44,464 bases of DNA, taken from the NCBI GenBank assembly GCA_041736175.1, contig JBGSUI010000002.1, forward strand, positions 1 to 44,464. Direction: 5' to 3'. Source of the stretch: Oligoflexales bacterium (GTDB lineage Bacteria > Bdellovibrionota_B > Oligoflexia > Oligoflexales > CAIYRB01). A program made the translations under genes and the position numbers. This document shows, piece by piece, positions 1 through 10,641 of the stretch (position 1 is its first letter; every line of letters starts with the position of its first letter). Under the pieces are notes generated by a model. That model was given only the letters and a program-made list of their open reading frames with translations, did no database searches and was not told where the DNA came from.

Positions 1-205
1 AAAGGCCGCGCCAGCTAAAGTTGGAATTGCTACTCGTCGCCTCAGAGCTGGTTGGGATACCGATTTTTTACTTCAGGTTGTGGCAGGAAACTCACAGAAA
101 AAAGATCCTGTCAAGGACAGTTAAATGCAATTGCCCTGGGATGCGTCGGTTATAGTATTGCCCATCAATCCTAAAATAAGATAGTCTTATAGGGGGGACA
201 ACCAG

Positions 206-610
206 ATGCACGACCGCTACAAAGTTCAAATCTCTAAGCTTTTAAAAGAGGCCACAGTGCTCCTCCGAGACCCAGTCATGGTCAACCGACTGATGGGGAG
301 CGCGTCGGGTTTATGGGACGCAAACAAACAAAAGTTTGCGCATCTCAAGGGCGATTTTGATGTAGCCCTTCGTGCCCTAGCTGCCTACAGAAAAGGGGTT
401 TATAAAAAAATACCCCTCAGGTCTATTTTGATGATCCTCGCCAGTCTGCTTTATTTTGTGAATCCCTTAGATCTTGTTCCTGACTTTATCGTAGGGGCTG
501 GCTACTTGGACGACCTGGCAATGATTGCCTACTGCTTTGGTATCATTCGCAAAGATCTTCGGGAGTTTGAAGAGTGGGAAAAAACGAATGCCGACAAAAA
601 AACGGAATAA
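206..610 (+). CDS. YkvA/DUF1232 family membrane protein
   Basis: Motif LLYFVNPLDLVPDFIVGAGYLDD is typical of DUF1232. GGGGGA RBS upstream. Confidence 0.9.
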   Translation: MHDRYKVQISKLLKEATVLLRDPVMVNRLMGSASGLWDANKQKFAHLKGDFDVALRALAAYRKGVYKKIPLRSILMILASLLYFVNPLDLVPDFIVGAGYLDDLAMIAYCFGIIRKDLREFEEWEKTNADKKTE

Positions 611-612
611 AA

Positions 613-634
613 AAACTCCCCACTGGGGGAGTTT
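613..634. terminator. Intrinsic terminator between convergent genes, probably bidirectional
   Basis: AAACTCCCC-ACTG-GGGGAGTTT hairpin with an A-run on the left and TTT on the right. Confidence 0.75.
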
Positions 635-656
635 AAATCAGAGATACCAGGTGATC

Positions 657-3494
657 CTAGAGGATTTTAAGGTAGGCTTCTAGGGAATCAATCTCTTCCG
701 GAGAGAGCGCAAACCCTAAAATGTCATTGATTTTGGCAATGGCTTGCTTAAGGCTTGGGATTGACCCATCATGAAAGTAAATAGCATAGTCAAAGGTATT
801 GACCAGGCTTGGAGCTTTAAACTCGCCAAAAAGCCGTTTAGGTCGTTGGCGATAGTCTAAGATTTCTTGGACGCGGTCGCCTGGTCCCATGTCACGGTCA
901 CCAGTTAAGGCCTCAGCGATTTCTTTGGACAACGGATCGGAGATGCCGACTAAGGTGTTGGCAAAGCGTCCAATGCTGACTCCATGGTCTTTGGAGCCTG
1001 TGCCGATATTGTAGATCTTAGGTTGGCCGTTAGGTCCGAGGGATCCGCTGGTATAGGCTGGGCCGGCGTGGCAACCAGCACAAAAGGACTTAAAGAGTTC
1101 TTCTCCCTTTGCCGCAAGGGCCAGATCAACCCGTGGATTTTGCAGCTTGGGGATTCCTCTGCCGACGAATTTTTCGAGAGCATCGGTATCTGCCGCAGTG
1201 AGTGTTCCCCCTAAACGCTCTGGGACCACGGTTTCGACAAATTCTTTTGAAGTTTCATGGGTGCCACTGATATGCAACCAGCCCCGGTTGGCGACTCCGC
1301 CCCGGAGAGAAAGGGTGCGGCGAGTGCCTTCCATGGTGACCCAGCTAGACCCGTCACTGCCCCCGTCAGGGTGGCAGGATGCACAAGCGCCGAGTCGATT
1401 GAGGGAGACCTGGTATTTTTCGGGATTGGCCGACGAAAAAAGGATTTTGCCGCGACGCATTGAAGGTTCCATTGGATCCTTGCTGACCAGAGGCCATTGG
1501 CCGACTTCTTTAAGCTCAGGGCGCTCGGGGATGGCCTCAATGTTGCGGATCAGCGGAAAGCTAGGAATGCTGCCAAGGGCAACTGGATTCGAAAGGGTTG
1601 GGCCGTATTTATAGGGAAATTTCACAGGGCCTGGAAGCCGGGAATCGTCTGCATAGGCAGAGGTGTCGATCTCGGAGATATAGAGGGAGTTTTCATAGAG
1701 CACAAAAGCTTTGGTTTTATCGGGTGTAAACGCCATCCCTTTAGGATTGGAACCCGACAGTGGAAAATGGAGCTGGGTGGCAGGGTTGATGGAGACTCCA
1801 TCGTAAACGGCGATTTCATCAGAGATGCGGCTAAGCATAAAGACGCGCCGTCCACCTTTGGTAAAACCAATGGTTTCTACAAGCCCCAATCCGCTTAATC
1901 CCGACTGGGGGATTCCGTAGGCTAAAAAGGGGTTGATCTGCTCCTTGCCGTTTTTCAAGACCTTGCGGTCGATAAACTCAATCTCGATAGGCTGGCGAAG
2001 GCAACGGGCCACGGACCCTAAAGTCGGGAGGGAAAGCTCTTGGTCATTGACGTAGATTTCGTGGAGTTTCCCCTTACCACTTGCATCAAAAGGAAAGATC
2101 AGAGGAGCGACATACTGCCCAGGCTGGAGACCACCAAAACGCTGGAGTTTAGGGTCAGCATTAGGACCTCGCTCAAGGACGACCAGGGCACCCGTGATTC
2201 GGGTTCCTGGAACCCAAGCAGTCTGGCCTGAGGGATCGAGGAAGACCCCAGAGAGTTGGCTTGCAGCTCCTTCGAATCCAACATCTTTTGGCTCTAGTTT
2301 ACCAAAAACAGCTCTGGTGACCGGATAGCTGTTGTAAAAATCCGCAAGGCATTTCATCCTTTCATGACTGGGAGCAAAGTGATCTTCGATCAGGGTTTCA
2401 TTGGCTTTTTTAAAGCTTTTCAAATCGATATTTGATAGCCAGGCTTCGTTTTCGGCGATGTTACCTCGAGGCAAAAAATGGGCGACATATAGGTAAGAAT
2501 CGTCAAAGGTGGCGCTCATTCCCGTAGGACGTGGACCGATAGAGAGGTTACGAAATCCGGTCTCTTGGCCAGCGTCGTCCACTGTGATTTCGGTAAGGAG
2601 TCCTTCCACATAAGAGGACACGTAAAACTTTGGCTCACTTTGGGAGGCAAGCACATAGCGCAGCTCGCGGCCATAGCGATCGCCTTTGCCGAGTGTGCTG
2701 ACGAACTGTTTGGATTGTTGGTCGATCAGCACGAGGCGGTTTGCTCCAGCTAGGACGACGCCCATCCACCCGGTGGATTTTTGGTAGGCGAGGCCAAAGG
2801 GCCTAGAGCCTACGGCGATCCTTTTGAGGACCGACTTTGTGGCTAGGTTATAGACCACGACTTCGTTGGTTTCAGTGCTGACCGCCCAGAGTTCCTGACC
2901 ATCTGGGGTGACCAGAATATTGGTCGAATTTTGTCCCTCGGACTGGTTAGGACTTTTTTCGTAGGAGATGTTTCCCATAAGGGTAGGACGAAGGCCCTTT
3001 TTCACTCCTAGGATCAGCTTTTTGATCCCATGGGCATGGAGTCGACCGATCCCGATCGATCCGGGAATCGCTAGGGGCGTCCGCTCATAGGCATCTTGGG
3101 TGAGGTTGATCACCTGATCTGTGGAGCTTATCGTCGAGCTTACCTTGTCGATGGTAAAATTGACCTGATCGATGGCGTAGGGTTTGAGGTTTTCAATAAA
3201 AACCTCGACGGTTAAAGAGCTGCCTAAACCTGCGAGTTTTTTGGCCTCTGCCCAAATTCGGAGGGTTTGATCTTCTGCAGGACTTTTTTGGATGGACTCC
3301 ACCGAGTTTTTGATGGTTTCAAGGGTCGAAAAAGAGGTCTCGACTTTTCCGATATCCACTCGTAATTCAAAAGTCTCCTGGTTTACTGCGAAAGCGCTTG
3401 ATGCCGATGTGATACCGGCTAAACCAGCGCAGAATCCCAGAGACCACGTTAGTAAGTTCGTTAAAGCCTTACGACCGCCCCAATGCATTTGCAT
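657..3494 (-). CDS. Exported YVTN-type beta-propeller plus di-heme cytochrome c (bCcP/MauG superfamily-like) protein
   Basis: Signal peptide ending SAFA. Propeller repeats VGSRPFGL, IGPRPTGM and GSNPKGMAFTPD. Two CxxCH motifs (CASCH, CAGCH) and FKAPSL..YFHDG. ATG 3494 follows GGAGG; the ORF track starts at 3530. Confidence 0.8.
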   Translation of the reverse strand: MQMHWGGRKALTNLLTWSLGFCAGLAGITSASSAFAVNQETFELRVDIGKVETSFSTLETIKNSVESIQKSPAEDQTLRIWAEAKKLAGLGSSLTVEVFIENLKPYAIDQVNFTIDKVSSTISSTDQVINLTQDAYERTPLAIPGSIGIGRLHAHGIKKLILGVKKGLRPTLMGNISYEKSPNQSEGQNSTNILVTPDGQELWAVSTETNEVVVYNLATKSVLKRIAVGSRPFGLAYQKSTGWMGVVLAGANRLVLIDQQSKQFVSTLGKGDRYGRELRYVLASQSEPKFYVSSYVEGLLTEITVDDAGQETGFRNLSIGPRPTGMSATFDDSYLYVAHFLPRGNIAENEAWLSNIDLKSFKKANETLIEDHFAPSHERMKCLADFYNSYPVTRAVFGKLEPKDVGFEGAASQLSGVFLDPSGQTAWVPGTRITGALVVLERGPNADPKLQRFGGLQPGQYVAPLIFPFDASGKGKLHEIYVNDQELSLPTLGSVARCLRQPIEIEFIDRKVLKNGKEQINPFLAYGIPQSGLSGLGLVETIGFTKGGRRVFMLSRISDEIAVYDGVSINPATQLHFPLSGSNPKGMAFTPDKTKAFVLYENSLYISEIDTSAYADDSRLPGPVKFPYKYGPTLSNPVALGSIPSFPLIRNIEAIPERPELKEVGQWPLVSKDPMEPSMRRGKILFSSANPEKYQVSLNRLGACASCHPDGGSDGSSWVTMEGTRRTLSLRGGVANRGWLHISGTHETSKEFVETVVPERLGGTLTAADTDALEKFVGRGIPKLQNPRVDLALAAKGEELFKSFCAGCHAGPAYTSGSLGPNGQPKIYNIGTGSKDHGVSIGRFANTLVGISDPLSKEIAEALTGDRDMGPGDRVQEILDYRQRPKRLFGEFKAPSLVNTFDYAIYFHDGSIPSLKQAIAKINDILGFALSPEEIDSLEAYLKIL

Positions 3495-3622
3495 AGGATC
3501 TTCCTCCCGTTCGCTTCTAAATTTTGGCACAAAAACCTGCCCCTATCATTAGGCTCTCCCTATAGAAAAGTCTAGAAAGAATCTGTGCAGAAGTGTCAAG
3601 GAACGGTAAAACTACAATGACA

Positions 3623-3841
3623 TTACTTTTGGGACGGCCACCTGAAAAAGGGAGCCACCGATAAGGCGACTCCTATCCCGATGGCCCAAAGTATAGAGTC
3701 CACAAAATAGGAGTAGAACATTAAAGACAGGCCACAGAGCATCATAACGAAATGGCTTTGTTTTTTTCCGTAAGAAAAATAAACAAAACCCACACCCGAA
3801 AAGATCAGGCTGACGAGTATGGAGTTCCAGTCTAGATCCAA
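3623..3841 (-). CDS. Small (about 72 aa) membrane protein with 2-3 hydrophobic segments
   Basis: Hydrophobic LIFSGVGFVYFSYGKKQ motif. TTG start at 3841 after GAAGGA; the ORF track starts at 3922. Confidence 0.7.
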   Translation of the reverse strand: MDLDWNSILVSLIFSGVGFVYFSYGKKQSHFVMMLCGLSLMFYSYFVDSILWAIGIGVALSVAPFFRWPSQK

Positions 3842-3972
3842 CCTATATCCTTCCAGAGGTAGTTTTAGTTTTCTATGTCGGGTCTCCTCTAGTCTATCTA
3901 ACACTTTTAGGGAGGATCTCATACCAAAAGACGCTTTCCTCGAACCTCCCTGTGAGCTAATCTCCGTTCTCT

Positions 3973-4611
3973 TTGATATGGAGATTTATGCACCGCCAGC
4001 CCATCCTAAACAGTCTTATCCAATATCGACCCTTGATCTCCGACCAGGGAGAGCGGGAGACCCTAGAAAAGATCATCACCTTTATCCAAACCACGCCTGC
4101 ATGCTTCGAGAGGGATCATCCGTCTGGCCATGTCACGGGGTCGGCGATGGTGGTCTCGTACAGATGCGATGCAGTGCTGCTGACCCACCACAAAAAACTC
4201 GGTCGATGGCTCCAGCTCGGGGGCCATAGCGATGGACATCCCCTTACTTGGGAGGTGGCCTTGCGGGAAGCCTATGAAGAATCGGGGCTTGGATTTCTTA
4301 AACTCTATGGCTCGCCACAGTCCACGGTCTATTTGCCTTTTGATGTGGATGCTCACCTGATCCCGGCGCGGGGGGCAGAGGCAGCTCATATACATTACGA
4401 CCTCCGGTATGTGGTCTTTGGAGACTCCTCAGCACCTTTTACAATCACTAGTGAATCTAATGATTTACGTTGGGTGCCTCTCGACGAGGTGGCGATGTTG
4501 TCGGACGAACCCAGCCTCCTACGGATGGTAGCAAAGGTGCGAGGGCTCTTTACGCCGCATCCCAGCCTGACGAATCCAGCCGCTCAAAGAGAAGTGAGTC
4601 TGGCAAATTGA
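3973..4611 (+). CDS. NUDIX hydrolase
   Basis: GHVTGSA and WLQLGGHSDG...ALREAYEESG Nudix box, plus HIHYDLRY. The true start may be ATG 3988. Confidence 0.9.
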   Translation: MIWRFMHRQPILNSLIQYRPLISDQGERETLEKIITFIQTTPACFERDHPSGHVTGSAMVVSYRCDAVLLTHHKKLGRWLQLGGHSDGHPLTWEVALREAYEESGLGFLKLYGSPQSTVYLPFDVDAHLIPARGAEAAHIHYDLRYVVFGDSSAPFTITSESNDLRWVPLDEVAMLSDEPSLLRMVAKVRGLFTPHPSLTNPAAQREVSLAN

Positions 4612-4679
4612 CTTCTATCCAGTCAGCGTTACATTGAACCGAGGATTCCGTCAGTCTGCGGGCAATAAGGAGAAAAAAA

Positions 4680-5633
4680 TTGGCAAATTATTACGATATA
4701 CTGGGTGTCAAGAAAACCGACTCAGAGGAAGTCCTTAAAAAAGCCTACCGAAAGTTGGCCCTTAAATACCATCCGGATCGCAACAAAGACGACCCAGCGG
4801 CCGAAGCAAAATTTAAGGAGATCAGCGAAGCCTATGCTGTTTTGAGTGACGAAGGCAAAAGGCGCCAATACGACCAGATTGGAGATGCCGGCTTTCACCA
4901 GCGCTATAGCCAAGATGATATCTTTAAAAACGCGGACTTCTCTAACATCTTTAAGGATTTTGACCTGGGTGGTGCCGGCATGGATTCCTTTTTTGGCCGC
5001 GTCTTTGGCGGGGGAGGGGGAGCCAGGGGCAACGCCGGTTTTGGGGGGTTTCAACCGGGATTCCAACCAGGTGGAGGCGGCTTTGGTGGTTTTGGAGGAG
5101 GATCCGCTAAAGGCCAGGATGTGGAGTATCCCCTGGAAATCACCCTTTACGAAGTCTTTCATGGCTCGGAGCGTTCCCTGAGTTACCGTCTGAGCGACGG
5201 GAGTTCCCATCAAATCAAAGTAAAAGTCCCCAAAGGTGCTCGGTCCGGTGCAAAGCTGCGGGTGCCAGGTAAAGGAGTCCAGTCACAGATGGGCGGTCCT
5301 CCGGGGGATCTCTTGGTTCAATTGACGGTTTTACCGGATAGTCGATTTGAAAGAGACCAAGACGATATCTTAGCTCCTGTGACCCTAAAAATTTGGGAGG
5401 CTCTCCTGGGGACCACCAGAAAAATCGAAGGGCTTGACGGAGAGATTGCGGTCAAGATTCCGGCAGGCGTCAAAGCCGGTACTAAGGTTAGAGTTAAGGG
5501 TCGAGGGCTCCCTGTAGCAGGCTCCCATGATAAACATGGAAACCTCTACGTGGTGGTCGGTCTTGAGATCCCCAAGCACCTGAATGAGTCCCAGCAAAAA
5601 CTTGCCCATGCTTTGCAACAGGCAGATCTTTAA
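4680..5633 (+). CDS. DnaJ class B / CbpA-like co-chaperone
   Basis: J domain with HPD, G/F-rich linker and DnaJ C-terminal domain; no Zn finger. TTG start after AAGGAG. Confidence 0.9.
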   Translation: MANYYDILGVKKTDSEEVLKKAYRKLALKYHPDRNKDDPAAEAKFKEISEAYAVLSDEGKRRQYDQIGDAGFHQRYSQDDIFKNADFSNIFKDFDLGGAGMDSFFGRVFGGGGGARGNAGFGGFQPGFQPGGGGFGGFGGGSAKGQDVEYPLEITLYEVFHGSERSLSYRLSDGSSHQIKVKVPKGARSGAKLRVPGKGVQSQMGGPPGDLLVQLTVLPDSRFERDQDDILAPVTLKIWEALLGTTRKIEGLDGEIAVKIPAGVKAGTKVRVKGRGLPVAGSHDKHGNLYVVVGLEIPKHLNESQQKLAHALQQADL

Positions 5634-5721
5634 GCGGGAGTAGCCCTGTTTTGTCTCGAATCCTGAATCAACCTGATTCAATAAGCAGAGATTTAAAACA
5701 GGGACACACCCGCCTCATTGG

Positions 5722-6045
5722 TTAGTTGCACTGCAACAGGTAGGTGGTGCCAGCAACGACCAATTCACCCAATTTTTTAGGGTAAGCTGGGGTGACAACA
5801 AAGAGGACTTCGGTGCCTTTAACGGCTGCGCCGACTCCGCCGTAGAAAGAGGTCGCTAAACCTTCTACTGTTTCAAGGCTGCCTTCTTGACCGTAGGTTA
5901 AGGTTCCAGCTTGCAGGTTTTCCTCAAAGACCAGCTTTACGCTAAAGCCGTCATCATTACTGCACTCAATCGCTGGCTCGGCAGCAAAAAGAGCTTGGCC
6001 GTTTAGAAGCAATGCACTCACGAGAGCAATTTTTTTTAGCATCAT
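5722..6045 (-). CDS. Small secreted hypothetical protein
   Basis: Signal peptide (ALFA), two Cys near the ends of the mature chain, GGAGAGG RBS. Confidence 0.75.
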   Translation of the reverse strand: MMLKKIALVSALLLNGQALFAAEPAIECSNDDGFSVKLVFEENLQAGTLTYGQEGSLETVEGLATSFYGGVGAAVKGTEVLFVVTPAYPKKLGELVVAGTTYLLQCN

Positions 6046-6182
6046 AGCAGTTCCTCTCCAAATTTAATAGTTCACTTGTTCACGGAGCGAATGATAGCGA
6101 GTTTCCCACAGCAAGCAAGGACTATTTTAGTTTGCTCCGTGTTAAATTGTAGGCTCGATAAGGCCAATAGGGACGCCTGGTA

Positions 6183-7073
6183 TTAAGATGCGCCGGGTTT
6201 AAATTCTATTAACTTAATCCAAACGCTACCTATCTTTATTTCTCCTTGAATCTGCACCAAGGGTTTATGAGGCGAGTCAATATCCAGCCATGCCCAGACA
6301 TCCCCTTTTTGTTGTAGGTCTTTGCCGATATAGGTTTGGAGTTTAAGCTTCACTGTTTTAAAAGTGCCTGCTGGCGTGGTCAGGGTTTCAAAGGAGACTG
6401 GCTCGGCGTCTAGCCACCAGTTTTTTTCGGAGGTGTAGACAAGCAGTCTGGTTTTTTGGCCGAGATAGTATTTTTGAGTGCGTAGATTAAAAACCACACC
6501 GAGGGAATCGTTGGCCCCTGGAATCAACTCAAAAGTGGCTTTTTTCTCAGGTACGTCTGGCTCTGAGATTCGTTCGTGGACGTGGCAGTCTTCATGGTTG
6601 AATTCAAGCCATTTTTTTTGTCTAAATCGCTTTCCGATCATCTTGCCTTCGTCCTGTTCCATATAAAATTGGGAAATTCCAAAATCCCAAGGACGGGAGA
6701 CCGCTTCTGCGGCGTCACGGGCAACAAAAATCGCTTTAAACCAATCTCCGGTTTTAGCATCCATCCGAAAGACTCTATGCCAGACACCGTTGTGAAGGCG
6801 AGGAGACCGCACCTCCAAGGATGCTTCTCCCGCTTTAATGCCGCCCCAGGTGACCTCATACACTGAACGCTCTCCAGACTTAAAGGGAACTTTTTCGTAG
6901 ACCTGGGACCGGGTGATCGCCGGCGGTGGTTGGCCCTTGGGGCAAGTCTGGGCGGCAGGGGGAGTTTGGGCCCTTAGATAGGGAAGTGGACCGAGGAGCA
7001 GAGCGAGTCCTGAGGCCACGACAAGGGTGAGGGCGTGCAAGACAGGTCTTGGTGTGGGAACGCTCTTAGTCAT
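6183..7073 (-). CDS. DUF3108-like exported protein
   Basis: PFKSGERSVYEVTWGGIKAG and ETLTTPAGTFKTVKL motifs; N-terminal signal/TM segment. Confidence 0.8.
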   Translation of the reverse strand: MTKSVPTPRPVLHALTLVVASGLALLLGPLPYLRAQTPPAAQTCPKGQPPPAITRSQVYEKVPFKSGERSVYEVTWGGIKAGEASLEVRSPRLHNGVWHRVFRMDAKTGDWFKAIFVARDAAEAVSRPWDFGISQFYMEQDEGKMIGKRFRQKKWLEFNHEDCHVHERISEPDVPEKKATFELIPGANDSLGVVFNLRTQKYYLGQKTRLLVYTSEKNWWLDAEPVSFETLTTPAGTFKTVKLKLQTYIGKDLQQKGDVWAWLDIDSPHKPLVQIQGEIKIGSVWIKLIEFKPGAS

Positions 7074-7302
7074 ATCAACCCCTTCTCGAGCCAGGTAAAA
7101 TTTTGGCAGTCTCTTTCTAGGGTAAGGCTGAGACTTAAATACAGCAATGCATTTTCTTAAAAGAGGAGTACAATGGGTGATCTTTGGAAAAGTCCATTGA
7201 CCATTAGACCTTGCCGTGATAACGAAAGGCCTCTTGAATCACCTTTGTTTGCCCTGCTGGAGCCGACAGAGCCCGACAGGTGCGAGGAGTCAACCACTAA
7301 CC

Positions 7303-9078
7303 ATGCAATTACAAGAAACAAAAATGCCAGGAGTTGGAACCGTCAAATGGGAAGACGAAGACACAGGCTTCGACTTGGACCATGATGGTAGCCATGACTT
7401 TGCCGAGATGCTCGATGGCAGCTCTGGCTCAGGCGGGGGCATCCGAGAAGGCACGATCGTAAAAGGCACAGTCGTCCGACTTACGGATGATTTGGTCATT
7501 GTCGATATCGGGCACAAGTCAGAAGGTGAAGTTCCCATCCAGGAATTCATCGGACCAGAGGGCCTCAAAGTCAAAGTCGGAGACGAGGTCGAGGTTTACC
7601 TCGATACTTTCGAAGACAACGAGGGCGAACTGGTGTTGTCCAGGGAACGGGCTGAAATGCTCCGTGCTTGGGACCGCATTTCCGATGCCTATGACAAAGA
7701 TGAGACCGTCGAAGGGATCATCATGGCTCGGGTCAAAGGTGGCCTCTCAGTGGATATCGGGGTGAAAGCCTTTCTCCCTGGCTCCCAAGTGGATCTTCGC
7801 CCTGTCCGCAATCTGGACAAACTGATCGGCACCAAGCTTCAGTTTAAGATCATCAAGTTTAACAAAAAGCGTGGCAATATCGTCCTTTCACGTCGGATCC
7901 TTTTGGAACAAGATCGTGAAAAACTCCGGGCAACCACCCTTGAAAATCTCCAAGAAGGCGCAATCCTTCGCGGAATTGTTAAAAATATCACGGATTATGG
8001 TGCCTTTATCGACCTCGGTGGTATCGATGGCTTGCTCCATATCACGGATATGTCCTGGGGTCGGATCAACCATCCTTCCCAACTCTTCGAAGTCGGTCAC
8101 GAAGTCGAAGTCAGGGTTCTCAGCTATGACGAGCAGCGCCAAAGGGTCTCCCTTGGGTTTAAGCAGCTCCAAAACGATCCTTGGCTCTCTGCCGGAGACC
8201 GTTATCCTGTGGGTATGCGAACCAGGGGCAAAGTGGTCAGCTTGACCGACTATGGCGCCTTTGTAGAGCTAGAAAATGGGATCGAAGGTCTTATCCATGT
8301 CTCCGAAATGAGCTGGTCAAAACGAGTGCGGCATCCTTCTAAAATCGTCCAAGTGGGCGACGAAGTGGAAGTGGTCGTCCTTGCCGTGGATCTTGAAAAC
8401 CGACGGATCAGTCTCGGTATGAAACAGATCGAGCCTAATCCTTGGGAAATTGTCAAAGAAAAATACCAAGTAGGCGATATTATCCGGGGCAAAATTCGCA
8501 ATATTACGGATTTTGGTATCTTCGTAGGTATCGAAGATGGAATCGATGGTTTGATTCATATCTCAGATATCAGCTGGACCGAGCGCATCAGGCATCCTGG
8601 AGACCTTTACAAAAAAGGTGATGAAGTCGAAGCGAAGGTGTTGCAGATCGATACCGAGGGTGAGAAGTTCTCCCTTGGAATCAAGCAGCTCACGGACGAT
8701 CCCTTTATCGGTGTCGTAGACCAGTTCAGGCCAGGCGTCAAAGGACGCGGTAAAGTCACCAAGGTCACAGACTTTGGAGTCTTTATCGAAATCGCTCCCG
8801 GTGTGGAAGGTATGATCCACATCAGCGAGCTAGATGAGCAACAAGTGGTAAAAGTCACCGATATTTGCAATGAAGGTGACGAAGTGGATTTTGTGGTTCT
8901 CTCGTCTGATGCGGAAGAGCGGAAGTTTTCCTTGTCTCGTAAGGCCTTCCAAAAAAATCTCCAAGGAGAGCAGTTGCGTGAGTATATTGGCGCGGTGGCA
9001 GAACCAAAAACAGGTTTTGCAGATGCCTTTGCCAAAGCACAAGCAGCAGTCAAGAAGGACGACAAAGATCCCCAGTAA
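7303..9078 (+). CDS. rpsA: 30S ribosomal protein S1
   Basis: Six S1 repeats (AFLPGSQVD, ITDYGAFIDLGGIDGLLHITDMSW, etc.). ATG 7303 follows GAGGAG; ATG 7324 is an alternative start. Confidence 0.97.
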   Translation: MQLQETKMPGVGTVKWEDEDTGFDLDHDGSHDFAEMLDGSSGSGGGIREGTIVKGTVVRLTDDLVIVDIGHKSEGEVPIQEFIGPEGLKVKVGDEVEVYLDTFEDNEGELVLSRERAEMLRAWDRISDAYDKDETVEGIIMARVKGGLSVDIGVKAFLPGSQVDLRPVRNLDKLIGTKLQFKIIKFNKKRGNIVLSRRILLEQDREKLRATTLENLQEGAILRGIVKNITDYGAFIDLGGIDGLLHITDMSWGRINHPSQLFEVGHEVEVRVLSYDEQRQRVSLGFKQLQNDPWLSAGDRYPVGMRTRGKVVSLTDYGAFVELENGIEGLIHVSEMSWSKRVRHPSKIVQVGDEVEVVVLAVDLENRRISLGMKQIEPNPWEIVKEKYQVGDIIRGKIRNITDFGIFVGIEDGIDGLIHISDISWTERIRHPGDLYKKGDEVEAKVLQIDTEGEKFSLGIKQLTDDPFIGVVDQFRPGVKGRGKVTKVTDFGVFIEIAPGVEGMIHISELDEQQVVKVTDICNEGDEVDFVVLSSDAEERKFSLSRKAFQKNLQGEQLREYIGAVAEPKTGFADAFAKAQAAVKKDDKDPQ

Positions 9079-9125
9079 GAGAGTTTTGATAGAGGTCGTT
9101 TAAGACTAAGGTCTTTGGTAAGAAG

Positions 9126-9163
9126 AGCAAACCCCGATGGTTATACTTCGGGGTTTGCTTTTT
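9126..9163 (+). terminator. Intrinsic terminator of rpsA
   Basis: AGCAAACCCCGA-N10-TCGGGGTTTGCT followed by a T-run. Confidence 0.85.
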
Positions 9164-9240
9164 CTTAGGTCCACTCCTGGTTCCATGGTAGCGTACCAAG
9201 GGTGAAGCGAGAGCGGTTTATACAAAAAGGAGTGATTTGA

Positions 9241-10638
9241 GTGGCACGAGCTGTAACACCCTCTAGGATGGTGGCCTATGATGCTTTTGTAAGGGTTATG
9301 GAAAATCATCAAAATCCAGATGCAGCTCTCGATGATCTCTGCAATAAGCTGGAAAAGCCCCTTAAGCGACTGGACCGCAATCTTTGTAAGGAGCTACTTT
9401 ATGGTGGCCTGCGTTGGTACTCTAAAATCCTTTGGATCCTACAAAACACATCCAGCAGGGATCTTGGAGGAGTCACACCAGAAATCCGCGCTGCGTTGGT
9501 TTTAGGGACCTACCAAATCTTCTATATGGATAAAATCCCGGATCGGGCAGCGGTGAATGAAAGTGTGGAGTATATCCGCTTTAAGGGGCAGGCGAATGCG
9601 GTTAACTTTGTCAATGGCATCCTGCGACAGATAGCTCGCCGGGCTCAGTATTTTCAAAAACCTGACAAAATCCTCAAGCCAGTGGAGTATCTATCCCTCC
9701 AGTATGCCCACCCCCAGTGGTTGGTCAATCGGTGGCACGAACATTTTAGCACCGAGCGCCTTCAGGGAATGTTAGTGGGCAATAACCAGCAGCCCCCTTG
9801 GTTTATTAGGGTGAATACCCTAAAGACCGGTTTTGAGGAGATTCATCTCTTACAACAACGGCTCCTAAGGGACGAAAAGCTTGCAACCGATCGCAGGCCT
9901 CTGCGAACAGCTCTGGAGTTAAAGGCGGCTCCGGCGATGGAGCCGGAGTCTCTCTTTGGCCAAGGTTATTATACCATTCAAGATATCTCTAGCCAGTTGA
10001 TTGGCTATTTGGTGGATCCCAAGCCAGAACAGTTGATTGTTGACGCGGCCTCGGGGAAGGGTGGAAAACTAGGCCATCTCTTTGAACTCTCTAAAGGTAA
10101 AGCCAAGCTTTTAGCCATAGAACCAAAGGGAGATCAAGTGGCGTTAGCCCAAGAAACCACTCGCCGTATGGGCTATGACGTATACCCGGAGTCGACTCCT
10201 ATCGAGTGGATTCAAAAGGATTTTCAAGAGTGGCGGCCAGAGCCTCTCCAGGCTCCCGATAAAATCCTGATCGATGCGCCCTGTTCGGGATTAGGGGTGA
10301 TCAGACGCCACCCAGAGGGTAAGTGGCTCAAAAAAGAAATGTTGATTCGAACCATGGCCGAGGTTCAAAAGTCGATGCTCTCCCACGGCATCGAGATTTT
10401 AAAGCCAGGGGGCGAACTTATCTATAGCGTATGTTCTTTTGAACCAGAAGAAACGATCCATCATCTTAACTTTATCAAAGACAAATTTGGTGATAAAGTT
10501 GAGCTAGTCTCGCCAGTTTCACGTTTACCCGATTACTTTAAAAGGTATGTGACACGTGATAATTTGTTTATGGTATATCCAGGGAATCAGGATGAAATGG
10601 ATGGCTTTGGAGCTTTTATCCTCAAAAAGCTTGGTTAG
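9241..10638 (+). CDS. rsmB: 16S rRNA m5C967 methyltransferase RsmB/Sun
   Basis: N-terminal NusB-like domain (AAVNESVE, FVNGILR), then DAPCSGLGVIRRHPE and YSVCS. Confidence 0.9.
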   Translation: MARAVTPSRMVAYDAFVRVMENHQNPDAALDDLCNKLEKPLKRLDRNLCKELLYGGLRWYSKILWILQNTSSRDLGGVTPEIRAALVLGTYQIFYMDKIPDRAAVNESVEYIRFKGQANAVNFVNGILRQIARRAQYFQKPDKILKPVEYLSLQYAHPQWLVNRWHEHFSTERLQGMLVGNNQQPPWFIRVNTLKTGFEEIHLLQQRLLRDEKLATDRRPLRTALELKAAPAMEPESLFGQGYYTIQDISSQLIGYLVDPKPEQLIVDAASGKGGKLGHLFELSKGKAKLLAIEPKGDQVALAQETTRRMGYDVYPESTPIEWIQKDFQEWRPEPLQAPDKILIDAPCSGLGVIRRHPEGKWLKKEMLIRTMAEVQKSMLSHGIEILKPGGELIYSVCSFEPEETIHHLNFIKDKFGDKVELVSPVSRLPDYFKRYVTRDNLFMVYPGNQDEMDGFGAFILKKLG

Positions 10639-10641
10639 CCT

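Noticed and set aside
1..123. Open frame 2 ending at TAA 123, possibly the 3' end of an upstream gene
   Set aside because: Too short to support or identify.
5000..5105. GGN-rich repeats in the DnaJ gene
   Set aside because: Ordinary G/F-rich linker.
7216..7302. 29-aa N-terminal extension of RpsA in the ORF track
   Set aside because: GAGGAG precedes ATG 7303, so this region is more likely 5' leader.
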